The notes under the pieces were generated by a model. That model ran no database searches, was not told the DNA's origin, and saw only the letters and a program-made list of their open reading frames with translations. From Asterias amurensis (Eukaryota), in assembly GCF_032118995.1 (NCBI RefSeq), contig NC_092652.1:15638336-15688335 (forward strand): DNA of 50,000 nucleotides, written 5' to 3'. A program made the translations under genes and the position numbers. Positions 35,041 through 45,660 of this stretch are shown in pieces. Position 1 is the first letter of the stretch; each line of letters starts with the position of its first letter.

Positions 35041-36094
35041 AGTCTTAAAAGTAAAAATTACCAGCAAATAAAGATCTACACAATATACGTTACATTTGTG
35101 TATAAGCATCATACTTAATTGACTTTACCACCGAGGGTTTTGTTAATAAACAAATTAAAATGAGTTTTGACGTCACAAATTAACAAAGAATAATTCACGT
35201 GAAAGTTGACTTGACCTGAACCCCTGTGAAACATTTACTGGAAAACAGCCATGTGACATCAACATTTGCATTCACATGAGGTATGAACCGGGCTTCAGAT
35301 GCAACAATGCTATTACAGGATTTGAGGGATTGCATGGTGAGGTATCAATATGTTTGGTTTGCCATCCATCTCAGCATTCCAACAGGTTGCCCTGCCAGCA
35401 ATTTGAGTCCTAAGACCTCTGGCTGGCTCTACGATGCTGTAAACACAGCCTGGCGCTTGCCAAAGTGAATAGTGCACAACCCTTTTTTTTTTCTCCTTTT
35501 TTTTTTCTTCGCACCTTGCACCATCAACCAATGGCGTCACCAACACACCATCCCAGTCATGGCTTCCTAAGTGAGCTGTATAGGGATTAATCTACTCAAA
35601 ACTCAAAACCAGTAATGTCCTGCTTTTTACCTACTACCCTGCTAGTCAAAACGTTGAGACCAATTCAAGAACTGACTCTGCTGTAGTGCAGGTAAACAAT
35701 CCTATAAGCTTAAGTAGTAGTCCCAGCCAATTTTCTATACCTTTCGCCCGGGTAGTAGTTAAATAGCAGAACAGTTCTTTTCAGAACTGAGAAGTCTCCA
35801 GACCATCCGATAAATCTACTCCGCGGAAAGAAAGACAGTTCTCTTAAGAACAAACTCTACCTGGCAAGTAGATACACATATGGTGTTACCGCAATATGTA
35901 AAAATGCTATTTCAATACATAAAAAGGGATAACCATACTTTGTACAAGTTACAACCATCAATATGGGGAAGGCATGGAATACTAACTGGTGTTGATACCA
36001 AAAAGTTCAAACAAAATCAACAGAGAACCAACAGGAGGTCCCTATTGCTGGTGTTTACACAAATGAGTGAGTGATTGTGTTGATCTATATTAGA

Positions 36095-36240
36095 AGTGAC
36101 GTGGAAGTGTCGTGGCCAAGGGGTCGAGAGCACCAAATTCAAACTCTGGTGTTTCTGATCAGCAGAGTGAGGGTTCAAGTCTTTTGTGTCCTTTAGCCAG
36201 ACACTTAACCATTGCTTTGTCAAAAGTATGTTAGCCAATA
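36095..36240 (+). mobile_element. tRNA-derived SINE-like element.
   Basis: 'gtggccaaggggtcgagagcaccaaattcaaactctggtgtttctgatcagcagagtgagggttcaagtcttttgtgtcctttagccagacacttaacc' has a D-loop-like 'gtggccaagggg' and a T-arm-like 'gggttcaagtc'. Confidence 0.5.
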
Positions 36241-36269
36241 CATCTACACTTGTTTTAAAAACAAGAGAA

Positions 36270-36410
36270 GGGAATAAAAGGGTAGCGACGAGTTCTTAAA
36301 CAGCCGTTTAAAACCAGCAGGGTCATGGCCCATCGCTCGGCCACGACCCTGCAAGGTTTTAAACGGCCATGTAAGAACAAGTCACTACTCTTTTATTCCC
36401 ATTCATGAAT
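36270..36410. mobile_element. Foldback or palindromic element (family C), copy 2.
   Basis: 'gggaataaaagggtagcgacgagttcttaaacagccgtttaaaaccagcagggtcatggccc...ggccatgtaagaacaagtcactactcttttattccc'. Confidence 0.7.
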
Positions 36411-36577
36411 GCCCTTTCGTCAAAAGGCGAAACAGTTTATTAGTTCTAGACACTCTGCCACTTGTTTCCTTAGCAAAGTTTCTGAATTCATATTGCTATT
36501 TAGAAGGGTTGTGTTTACATGATGTTATCATGAGAAAATAAGCAAAATTGTGCAAGTCTGTATACATTTAAAAATTT

Positions 36578-36956
36578 TTAAAGGCAGTGGACACTATTGG
36601 TAATTGTCAAAGACCAGTCTTTTCACTTTGTGTATCTCAAAATATGCAAACAAACCTGTGAAATTTGAGCTCAATTGGTCATCAAAGTTGCGAGATAATA
36701 ATGATAGAAAAAATATCGTTGTCACACGGAGTTGTGTGCTTTCAGATGCTTGATTTTAAGACCTCAAAGTTCTAAATCTGAGGTCTCGAAATCAAATTGG
36801 TGGAAAATTGCTTCTTTCTCGAAAACTATTCCACTTCAGAAGAAGCCGTTTCTCATAATGTTTTATACTACCACCCTCTCCCCATTACTGATACCAAATA
36901 AGGTTTAATGCTAATAATTGTTTTGAGAAATTACCAATAGTGTCCACTGTCTTTAA
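36578..36956. mobile_element. MITE family A full-length copy.
   Basis: TIRs 'AAAGGCAGTGGACACTATTGGTAATTGTCAAAGACCAG' and 'GAGAAATTACCAATAGTGTCCACTGTCTTTAAA'. Palindrome 'gattttaagacctcaaagttctaaatctgaggtctcgaaatcaaattgg'. Confidence 0.85.
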
Positions 36957-37170
36957 ATGCAGGGTGTACATTTGGTAATTACTCCACAATTTAACGAGCA
37001 TAAAAACTTACAAGGTAAAGAGCACTGGAGAGCTGTTGATTCTTTCAAACATTGTAGAAAGGACACCCTTTGAAGTAGGGTGATTTTTCAGTTCAACCCA
37101 AAAATTGAATTAGAAGGCCTTTCTAAGGCATCTGAGGCACCAAATATTACGCATCAATGGTGTTATTATT
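36957..37170. mobile_element. Diverged MITE family A-like fragment.
   Basis: 'GGGTGTACATTTGGTAATTACTCCACAATTTAACGAGCATAAAAACTTAC...agagctgttgattctttcaaacattgtagaaaggacaccctttgaagta' parallels the family A terminus and core. Confidence 0.5.
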
Positions 37171-37360
37171 TTGATTTCGAGGTTGAACAAAGAATTGACT
37201 AGAGTGGGATACAACCGTTAACTGCCGTGTAGCCAGGGATCACACCCAAATTACGATACAACCTGGGAAGTGGTAGCTCGGGGATCACCTTAAGGGGATG
37301 CGACTTTTTGTTTCAAATATCAATACAAACCACAAGGGAAACTGACTGGGTAAATTTGTA

Positions 37361-37470
37361 AATGATTTCGAGGTTGAACAAAGAATTGACTAGAGTGGGA
37401 TTCGAACCAACGACCTCCGCATTAACGTGCTGGCGCTCTACCAACTCAGCTATCTAGCCGTATATTGGCA
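37361..37470 (-). pseudogene. tRNA-like sequence (tRNA pseudogene or tRNA-derived SINE head) on the minus strand.
   Basis: The reverse complement of 37393-37460 reads 'GGCTAGATAGCTGAGTTGGTAGAGCGCCAGCACGTTAATGCGGAGGTCGTTGGTTCGAATCCCACTCT'. It has an acceptor-like 5' end, a D-arm GCTGAGTTGGTAGAGC, and a T-arm GGTTCGAATCC, but the anticodon stem does not pair cleanly. The adjacent 'gatttcgaggttgaacaaagaattgactagagtggga' is duplicated at 37172 and 37361. Confidence 0.45.
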
Positions 37471-38349
37471 GTGTCCCTATTTTGTCCATATCTTTGTTCG
37501 GGGGTGCCAGTCAGAAGCCATACAACCGTGTTATCATTTTATCGCAACTTTGATGACCGATTGAGCCCAAATTTTCACAGGTTTGTTACAATGTTAGTTA
37601 CGATTATATATATATATTTAATTATATAGCAATCTCCAGATGAGCAGACCCTACCGTGCCATTTCAGAATTGTGTATGGGTGTTCAAACGTACCTTACGT
37701 AACTACGCAAAAGCCTGCCCTTAATCATGTGGCGTAGCAACTGTCTCGATAGTCTGAGGAATTCAATCGTAAGCGATGCATTGCAACTGGGCGATTCGTT
37801 GCACCAGACTCTCGCAAATTGCTTATTGTTCATGTCAGAATTTAACCTCATGGAGACATGTGTATAATTGTATTTCCCTCCTCAGTAGCTGTGAGCTTAG
37901 TAATAGTTTGCTGACCTCATGAATAATTCATCAGTAGGAAGGGCCAGTAGGTGGTTATTTGTTATGTTTAAATGCTTTGCCTTATTTGGGTCTTGAGTCT
38001 TTATTTGAGTTTTGAATGGGTGAAATTTTGGGGTATGTTGAGTACATGGGTGCGGTCAGTGAGAGTGAGGGTTGCTAGCTGTGTGTTTGGTAGAGGGTGG
38101 TCATTCTCGTAGCGTCTTAGATAGAGAGAGGATCCTTGATGCAGTGACAGAAAATTGCACTGGGTATTAGTCTCAGCAAATCTTTGTGATTGTGCGCCAT
38201 AATTTGCTAAATTCAGAGCAGATTTTGAGGCTGCTGTTAATCTTAAGGCAAATTGGTTGAAGTGAGACAACAACTCTGAGAGCTGGACTTCAAGAGCTAC
38301 ATATACTATTATGAAAACCTTGCGGGGTAAGCTGTGACAGTACATATTT

Positions 38350-38402
38350 GTATGCATTATATGTTGGGATACACACCAAGTAAAGAAACTGGTCTTTGAC
38401 AA
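38350..38402. mobile_element. MITE family A 3' terminal fragment.
   Basis: 'gttgggatacacaccaagtaaagaaactggtctttgacaattaccaaaagt' matches the '...gagatacaccaa.tg.ga.gactggtctttgacaattaccaatagtg' end. Confidence 0.5.
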
Positions 38403-38485
38403 TTACCAAAAGTAAACCATGCTTAAAAATGGGCCTGTGGCTTGAAAACAGATTGAGGAGCACATTGAGCCGTAAAGGTGTTTAC

Positions 38486-38557
38486 CTGAAATATCCCAAA
38501 GCTGAAGTGTAATAACTTCATCCTCTGATCTTTGGATCTTCTTCAGACAAAAATCAA
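38486..38557 (-). CDS. RAB29: Rab GTPase coding exon 2. Translation: (V)DFCLKKIQRSEDEVITLQLWDIS, then 1 nt (G).
   Basis: Acceptor ttccttttcAG|TT on the minus strand. G+TT makes Val, restoring the TIGVDF Rab motif. Aligns to RAB29 'VDFALKVLQWSDYEIVRLQLWDIAG'. Donor CAG|GTAAAC. Confidence 0.8.
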
Positions 38558-38855
38558 CTGAAAAGGAACAATACAAGCTGTATCAAAGTACAAGATAACA
38601 AAGAACATAGGCATACAGTACTTGGGATATTTTAGAGTTTTGTTTATTGTTTGTTATTTGTTGTTGTCTTTTTTTCTTTTCCCTTTTTATTGGGGGGGGG
38701 GGGGGTATTTAAACATTATAAAACTCCCTTTTCATTGGGGGGGGGGGGGTATTTGAAAATTATAAAAATCCATGTGAATGTGCTTCTAAAAACACACTGA
38801 CCACGATTTGGAAATAGAAGTCTAGAAGAATGTAGATTTATTGATATTTTTCTTT

Positions 38856-39125
38856 CAAAGGCAGAGGACACTACTGAAAATAATTTTAGCACAAAAAATT
38901 TACTTGGAAAACAAGTAATGGATAGCTGTTTTCAACTAAAATAGTTAAATTTGATTTCGAGAACTAAGAATCTGATTTAGAATCAGAAAAGAATCTGAAA
39001 AACACACAACGTTGTGTGACAAGGGTATTTCTTCTTCCATTATTATCTCGCAACTTCGACGACCAATTATTTTGTGCATAATTTTATACAATGTTGAGAT
39101 CCACCAAGTGAAAAGACTGGTCTTG
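38856..39125. mobile_element. Diverged MITE family A copy.
   Basis: 'AAAGGCAGAGGACACTACTGAAAATAATTTTAGCAC...gatttcgagaactaagaatctgatttagaatcag...attattatctcgcaacttcgacgaccaatt...gactggtcttgacaattacc'. Confidence 0.7.
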
Positions 39126-39126
39126 A

Positions 39127-39321
39127 CAATTACCTTAAAAGACACTATAGACACTAAGCGAAAAATTACTTCTTTCTCAAAAACTTTGTCACTTCAGAGA
39201 GAGAGAGCAGTTTCTCACAATGTTTTATATTATCAACCTCTCCTCATCTCGTAACCAAGTAAGGTTTTATGCCAAAAACTATTTTGAGTAATTACCATGC
39301 AATAGTGTCCACAGCCTTTAA
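39127..39321. mobile_element. MITE family A copy, internally deleted, ending 13 bp from the donor site of Rab exon 1.
   Basis: 'AAAGACACTATAGACACTAAGCG...cacttcagagagagagagcagtttctcacaatgttttatattatcaacctctcctcatctcgtaaccaagtaaggttttatgccaaaaactattttgagtaattaccatgcaatagtgtccacagcctttaag'. Confidence 0.75.
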
Positions 39322-39334
39322 GTGACATACCCAC

Positions 39335-39446
39335 CTCCTATTGTTCTCTTATGGTCGAATCCATTATGACCATAACATTGTACAAATGCAGTCTTTCCAA
39401 CTAGGGATTCACCAACTATGATGATCTTGAACAACTTCTTGTTCAT
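39335..39446 (-). CDS. RAB29: Rab GTPase (RAB29/RAB7L1, RAB32/38 subfamily) coding exon 1. Translation: MNKKLFKIIIVGESLVGKTAFVQCYGHNGFDHKRTIG, then 1 nt (G).
   Basis: Minus-strand ATG at 39446-39444. Contains the P-loop G1 motif GESLVGKT. Aligns to human RAB29 'LFKVLVVGDAAVGKTSLVQRYSQDSFSKHYKSTVG(VDF)'. Donor G|GTGGGT, given by plus-strand AC at 39333-39334. Confidence 0.8.
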
Positions 39447-40124
39447 TGTAGGAGAAACGTCGAAAAGGAACTAGGCAGAGAGTTGGTTGTCATTGCATTT
39501 TAAAACCACTGATGCAGGTTTTTGGTTAGAGTTGATGTAAATGTCTCCACAACATTGCAGTCTTGTGTCTTTGGATTTAGGAATTGTCAGCTAACTCTGT
39601 AAAAAGCTACGACCATAAACAAAGAGTAAGAAATTAAAGAAATATAATATCATGAAAACTTAGTTTGATAGAGAAAAGAGAAGAGGGGGTCGGGGCCTTA
39701 AAAAACAAATGGCAATTCTTTTCACCCATACTGTCCGTAAAAATAAAGTATTTGTGGATAGTTTTGTCATCACTACTCTTCGACTGTTAATAGACTTCGA
39801 CTTTAAAAAAAAAAAATCTGTATCACAGTTCGTCGACATCTGGATTATAATGCTACCTATTCATGGGATCTAATCCAAGTTCACTGGAACCAACAACGGT
39901 TTTTTTAAAACATCAATTTGACATTAGGCCTATCTGGTACAGGTATGTCCAAAACACCCAATTAGCCTATTCTGAAGTATGGTGGACACATGAGTGCACT
40001 GAGATTTGGATGTATACAGACAAATCTAACCAGACCTATTTTTTAATATCTCAAAATGGCTTATTGCTGTGGGTTGGGTCTATTCCAAGTTGATGGAACC
40101 AAAAGTAATTAACTTAGGGCTTCC

Positions 40125-40420
40125 TCCCGATTCAGACAGGCACGCCAGAGTCGCGCAGAACCAAATAGAGTAGGAGGGACTCTAAGTCGACCCAAATAAC
40201 TTTTTGTTTCAGATCACACAGGCGAACTTAACAATTATAAAAATTACATTGGCTCGACTCATGACCATGCAGTTAGACATCTGAAACCAAGGCGCTCCAG
40301 AGTCGTTCCGACCGACTGCAACAGTCAATCTTTTGACTTCCTAGCGTGTCCAGTTGCTCCTATGTTTCAGACGTCGAACTTAACATGTACTTAATTCAGA
40401 AAGAGTCGCGCCTGTCTGAA
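40125..40420. repeat. Repeat family F, uninterrupted copy in opposite orientation.
   Basis: Matches both parts at 34360-35040. Includes the internal inverted pair 'cagacaggcgcgactct' / 'agagtcgcgcctgtctg'. Confidence 0.6.
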
Positions 40421-40984
40421 ACTGGTGTAAGTCCAGTAACTCGGACTACATGGAAAGTGTGGTAATTGTGTATTAAGTCACTTTGCAATGACATGCCACC
40501 GCTTGTCAGCCTGACGTGGGCAGTTTCAAGATGGCGACAGGTCTCGAGTCTCCTTTTGAATAGTTGACCTAGCTGTGTCTGTATCTTGTTCCTTTGCCAC
40601 CTCTGGACTAACACCATAGCACCAATGCTACTACAGACAAGCATCCACCGAGAAAGTCCACAGACAAGCAACTTGCTTTGTTATAGACTGTATACCAACA
40701 CCTATGGGAGGCAATCCAGTGTCATAGACTGACTTGCTTTTGACATGGGCAACTTGACAACACTACACTACCACTGGTCTAGTCAGTACATGTACATGGA
40801 CAGAACAACCCAAACCTGAGATGCTAATGGGTGTGGGTATAGGGACACTCTCAGAAAACAAAAGTGACATTCCAACTCACAGCTGTCAACTCACTTTGAA
40901 GAGTAAATGGCAAGACATTTTTTTCCTATCTGAATCTGAATCTTGGCAAAGCATATAGCATATAGAATACAGGACTGATACTTC

Positions 40985-41160
40985 ACGGAGGCAACGGAGG
41001 CGATGGCCTCCATGCCCCTGGTCATTGCCTTGGTGCCCTTGAAATGCTCCAGTCGAAATTTACAATTTCCTCATAGGGTGCCCTTTACGATGACGAAAAT
41101 GCCTTGGTGCCTTTGCCCTTTCAAAATAGAGCATCAGGCCTGAGAATGCCAATGGAAACA
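40985..41160. repeat. Inverted partial copy of the 'gggcaccaaggca' repeat.
   Basis: The reverse complement of 'ggcaacggaggcgatggcctccatgcccctggtcattgccttggtgcccttgaaa...cctcatagggtgccctttacgatgacgaaaatgccttggtgcctttgccctttcaaa' matches 16890-17030. Confidence 0.7.
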
Positions 41161-41454
41161 TCACAACTTTTTGTTGAGAAGACATTGACAATTAAGAATT
41201 TTCAATTTTAGAAACGGGAGGGAAACCCCTAAAGACCCCTTGTATGCACGTCACACGCGGCGAGTGATGCCACGCTCACCAACTACTCATCATGTTGGTG
41301 GGCAGTTAGGTTTACGTGTATTAACGCAGCATCTCCTAAAAATGTGCACTTCCACTGCATAACGCAGGGTATAGAGTTATATTTAAAAACGCACAGTATG
41401 GCACATTCAATATTGATGATATTGGGTCAATAGGGAAAAGCCACACAGTTAGGA

Positions 41455-41570
41455 CGGTACTGAAAAACCCAATCCACATGTAAGGCTCCGGTCTTGGTAT
41501 CAAACCAGGCGTCCAAAGAGGTGAAAGGCAGGGACAGAAACCACTGACTGAGCCAACCTAGCCCCTCATC
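41455..41570 (-). mobile_element. Possible tRNA-derived SINE-like fragment.
   Basis: The reverse complement reads 'gaggggctaggttggctcagtcagtggtttctgtccctgcctttcacctctttggacgcctggtttgataccaagaccggagcc', with a D-arm-like 'ggctcagtcagtgg'. Confidence 0.35.
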
Positions 41571-41659
41571 TTCCTCCTGTACCATGCATAAACCTATTTC
41601 TATCTTTTTTTCTTTCTAATTCTAGTGCAGCCTTCATGATTGCAAATAGTCCCCCTAGC

Positions 41660-41960
41660 TGCCGTACACCGGGGCGTACTCCTTCTCTTTCCGATAAGTG
41701 TATTTTACGTACGTTGATTTACAACACATAGGACCTATACATTTACGTCCCTTCTGAAGGACAAAGCAACGGAGTGTCCTTGGGAAAAGTTTCCGTATGG
41801 CGCCACCACTTTTTCATTCGATATGAAATAATATAGTATCTAATTTACCTCAATGAGATATCCCTTTTTGTAAAAAAGAGTGATACAGTGGTGGCGCCAT
41901 ACGGAAAATTATCCCTGGGGGAACTTTGAAGAAGTTGTGGCCGCTCTGGTTCGTAGTGAG
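41660..41960. repeat. Repeat family D copy with an internal inverted repeat.
   Basis: 'ccttctctttccgataagtg...tttacgtcccttctgaaggacaaag' is homologous to 43880-43985 ('ccttctcttttcgataagtg...tttacgtcccatccgaaggaagag'). Internal IR 'ccgtatggcgccaccact' (41797) / 'agtggtggcgccatacgg' (41888). Confidence 0.6.
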
Positions 41961-43849
41961 TATGCACTATCTCTTTCTGATTCAGCAGACACCTACCGAC
42001 AAAATCGGGTTCGGGAAAAAACATCAGATGGCGCCCTCCATCGACTTTGATCAGCGCATTTTGAGAATTGTCAAGTAGAGATGTCGCTGCTCGATGTTTT
42101 AAGCCTTACGCGCTCAATTTGAAAAATTTCCAACGATGGAGAAAACCGCCAAAGTTTTTCAAATTAACTAAATCCCACGTGGCGTGGCTGGTGTGATTGG
42201 CCGTAGGTAGGCTACACCTCTTCTGGGTTTTATGTGAATCTCAGGAATTCATATGAGGGCTAGTGTATCAGGGAGTGTCTTTCAGTGGTTTACACTGATG
42301 TTATGCAATTGTTTAGGACTAATAATTTAAATCATAAAATACTTTGGTAGAAAAGTAGCACCTATCAGATTATACATTGATACATTGTATGTATGCATTG
42401 GTACAAAATCGGCAGCATGCTCTCTTTTTATTTACGGGCAAAGTTTAAAAAAAACCATTCCCTTAAAACAAAGCCAGGCTGCATGCTTGCAACTTTGTTG
42501 GTCAATGAAATTCAAACGCTGAATAGGCCTAATCATGCATTAAGTTAAATTTACTCTGCATTTGAATTTACCACAACTTCTAAAAGAATATGCTTAACAA
42601 ACACTATTACTCGCTGTTTTTTTTTATTTTACAACATAGACTATAGTCTGACTAGTGGAAATATCCCATTGATTCGTACACGAACAAATGAGTGTCGTGT
42701 AGAGAGTAATACTGTTGACACCTGATAACCCCAGCCAAGGAAGTGTTCATGTTCGCCCATGGAATGGAGAAACACAATCTCAAGATCATCTGGAAGCCTG
42801 TGGGATTGCTTTACAGTATCAGTTGAATTTCCCCTCGGTATATGACTATATAATTTACAATTTACCCAGTCAGTTTACGATGTGGTTTATTGTTTTAATA
42901 TCTGTATTGTTAACATTTCTTTCCCTGATATATTATTACTTAATATGTTTATGCTTAAGAATGGGAAAAAAGTTGCACTGCAATTACTTTTACATAAGTT
43001 TTGGAATGTCATAAAAGATATCGAATTTTTTAGGGCAAGTTCTTATCATGATTCCGATAAACAAAATGCTATTTTTGGTCCACTTATTTATAGAATCATA
43101 GCTTGCCTATGAACTAGGAACCTCAGGTCAAAAAAAAAGTTAGAGAAATATAAACATCGTACGTAAGAAAATATTTGAAGAAAGCCAGAGGCTTAAGAAG
43201 TGTGATGACAAACTCTGCCTGTGCCGAATACCTCACATGTTCAATCCCATACAAAATAGTTACTGCATTTTTTTTAGTGGGCAAAGTCACATTTTTAGCA
43301 ACCTATTGACTGGATACTGAAAGTTTTTAATTATTTGAAATTAAATGAACTGTGTTTATTGGTATAAGCTACAATTAATTTGTTTAACATGGTCAAACCT
43401 TTGTTCCAATAACCTCGTGTAACCTAAGGAAACATTAGGATAAGGATTAAGATTAAGGATTATAGGGTTAGGACAAAACCATTACCTGAGGGGTGTTGAA
43501 ACATAGGTCTGAATTGTTACCAAATCTGCTAATGATAAGGTATTTCTCAGGTTTGTTTTGCACACAATTTTGAACTGCATTTATTTGTATGTCGTAAATC
43601 AATATAACTATTATTACAGTGGAGTGTATATCTCAGTGGGGGGGAAATAATTTCGTAGTTTACAAGGACTAACAAATTACTTAACAATTTAATTTGTATC
43701 AAAGTCTTATAATAGCGCACGTATCTACCAAACAAGGTACTCAAGGCGCTGAGTATATACAAACTTTCAGAAAGTTAGGGTAATGCAGTGATGAATTCCG
43801 AGACCCAACTATTTAGCACCTTTTACGGGTTTACAAGGTGCTACGGCGC

Positions 43850-43990
43850 ATACAGCAGCCACAGCCAGGAAAACAGGGGCGACTGAACCCCTTCTCTTTT
43901 CGATAAGTGCACTGGGCTCGTTAGCATGCGTTGCACAACAAATTGGACCAACGGCTTTACGTCCCATCCGAAGGAAGAGTTAATGGTTAA
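43850..43990. repeat. Repeat family D second copy (partial).
   Basis: See 41660-41960. Confidence 0.55.
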
Positions 43991-45127
43991 GTGGGTATTG
44001 AATTTGGTGCTCTTATCGCTCAGCCAGTTTTGCTGCAGTTTTCTCAGCAATTACACACTAATATGAAGTAGAAACTTTCACAAACTGTGACTTGAATGTT
44101 TGGACAAAACCAATGTGGTATCATAAGAGAAAACTTCCCTTTTGCCTGAAATGCTTTAGTTTTTGACAAACAGGTAAAACATTAACTAATCAAGCAAGAC
44201 CAAACTCAATGTTCTTGAACTGTGAAATGTATCAGTCTGTTCACTCACTATTTTTTGACTCCTATGAAATTGAATTTAACATATAGCTTCACAGGTTTGT
44301 TGTTTCATTTTGGGTGACAGTTCTGATGTTGTAGGCCTACATTAACGAACAATAGTTTGGCAATAAAACATCTGTACAATCAGTACATACTGTGCAATCT
44401 CATGTTTTGTGTCAGTTGGGTTGATGTCTTCTTCTTAGTAATGTATACAATGTATACGTGTAATGACATGGGAAATCACACAATTGGAAAGTAAAACATA
44501 AATAAGCTTAACTCGATACTCTACCAAAATATGTTCGATACCTTCTCACACTGGTAGACAAGTCCAGCCGATTTTAACATGCTCATGAGAGTCAAATTTC
44601 ATATAATAGGGGGGCACATACAGTGTAAAGCAAAAAACAAATCCATTTCAATATACCTTTATCATGGTGGGACCATCTTGATTTTACTCCATTCCAACAG
44701 TGTAACCAAACTGATGCTGGATGAAATAATAGTCTGGTGCCATGTTTGAGCAATGAATGTTAGCATTCATTACTGTTATCAGGTTATGAAAACAGGGAAC
44801 ATGACCAAGATGGTGACAGCATTTGTCAAATATAAGAATGTGTTATTTAAACATTACAATTTTTAGCCGTTGCACATATGTAGCACACATATAAGACAAT
44901 AGACCCTTCCCATAATATGTAAATTGCACATAGCGCCTGCGCAGTTACATTTTGGTTGGCAAAATGAGGGAATATCGCGTTGTTTTGTACACGGCTAATG
45001 GGTGCGTGGCGTCTACTTAGTGCACAACTCTATGGCGTTTGCCAGCATGTGTGAAAGTAATTAGTAACTTCATGGGAAGGGTCCATTAACATAACTCATG
45101 ATTGGCAAATTCTTGGAAGACACTCTT

Positions 45128-45660
45128 AAAGGGACACACCGGCTCACCGTTTACGCAATTTAGGGGTGTAGAATCATAAATAATGTTTTTATAGATGGTT
45201 GCTATAAAAAAAATCATCAAAATGTCACGTATTTAGCGAAAAATGATTTTAAAAAACCAAAGCGGCCATATAACAAGCTTCCGTTACATGGACTCATTGA
45301 ATGTGAATCTTACGTTAGATTTTTCACCATTATTTACATTTTGAAGCGATAATTTGAATACATGATCTTTTTCGTCAATTATTCGTAAATAATTTTGTAA
45401 AAAAAAAGATTTAAATTTGGTTAAGTAAGTTACTTTTAGACGGCTGAAAGTAAAACTAGCCCGGAAGGTCTCGTGATTGTTTGTACCACTTTTTGGTTAG
45501 AACAATCACGCGACCTGCGTTTTTGTCTTAAAATGCTCAAAAACGGCTAAATTTGATGATTTTTTTAGGGACTGTTCTTCTTCATTCTTGGAAGACCGTT
45601 GAAGTCATATCTTAGTCTATTTTGTAGCCCAAATAGCCCAATTCGGCCGGTGTGTCCCTT
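45128..45660. mobile_element. TIR element (family H) of about 530 bp, non-autonomous.
   Basis: Termini 'AAAGGGACACACCGGCTCACC' and 'GGCCGGTGTGTCCCTTTAAA' are inverted repeats. An internal hairpin lies at 45468-45515 ('gtctcgtgattgtttgtacc...ggttagaacaatcacgcgac'). Flanking direct repeats 'ggaagacactcttaaa' and 'ggaagacacttttaaa' sit immediately outside both ends. Confidence 0.65.

Noticed and set aside
38001-38402. 133-aa minus-strand ORF.
   Set aside because: No domain-like features are present. It overlaps a MITE terminal fragment at its 5' end, and its composition is typical of AT-rich non-coding sequence.
42715-43112. Two overlapping plus-strand ORFs (99 and 76 aa), hydrophobic and Ile/Leu/Tyr-rich.
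   Set aside because: The composition reflects an AT-rich tract (TTA/ATT codons). There are no splice-site-bounded conserved segments and no similarity to any family I recognise.
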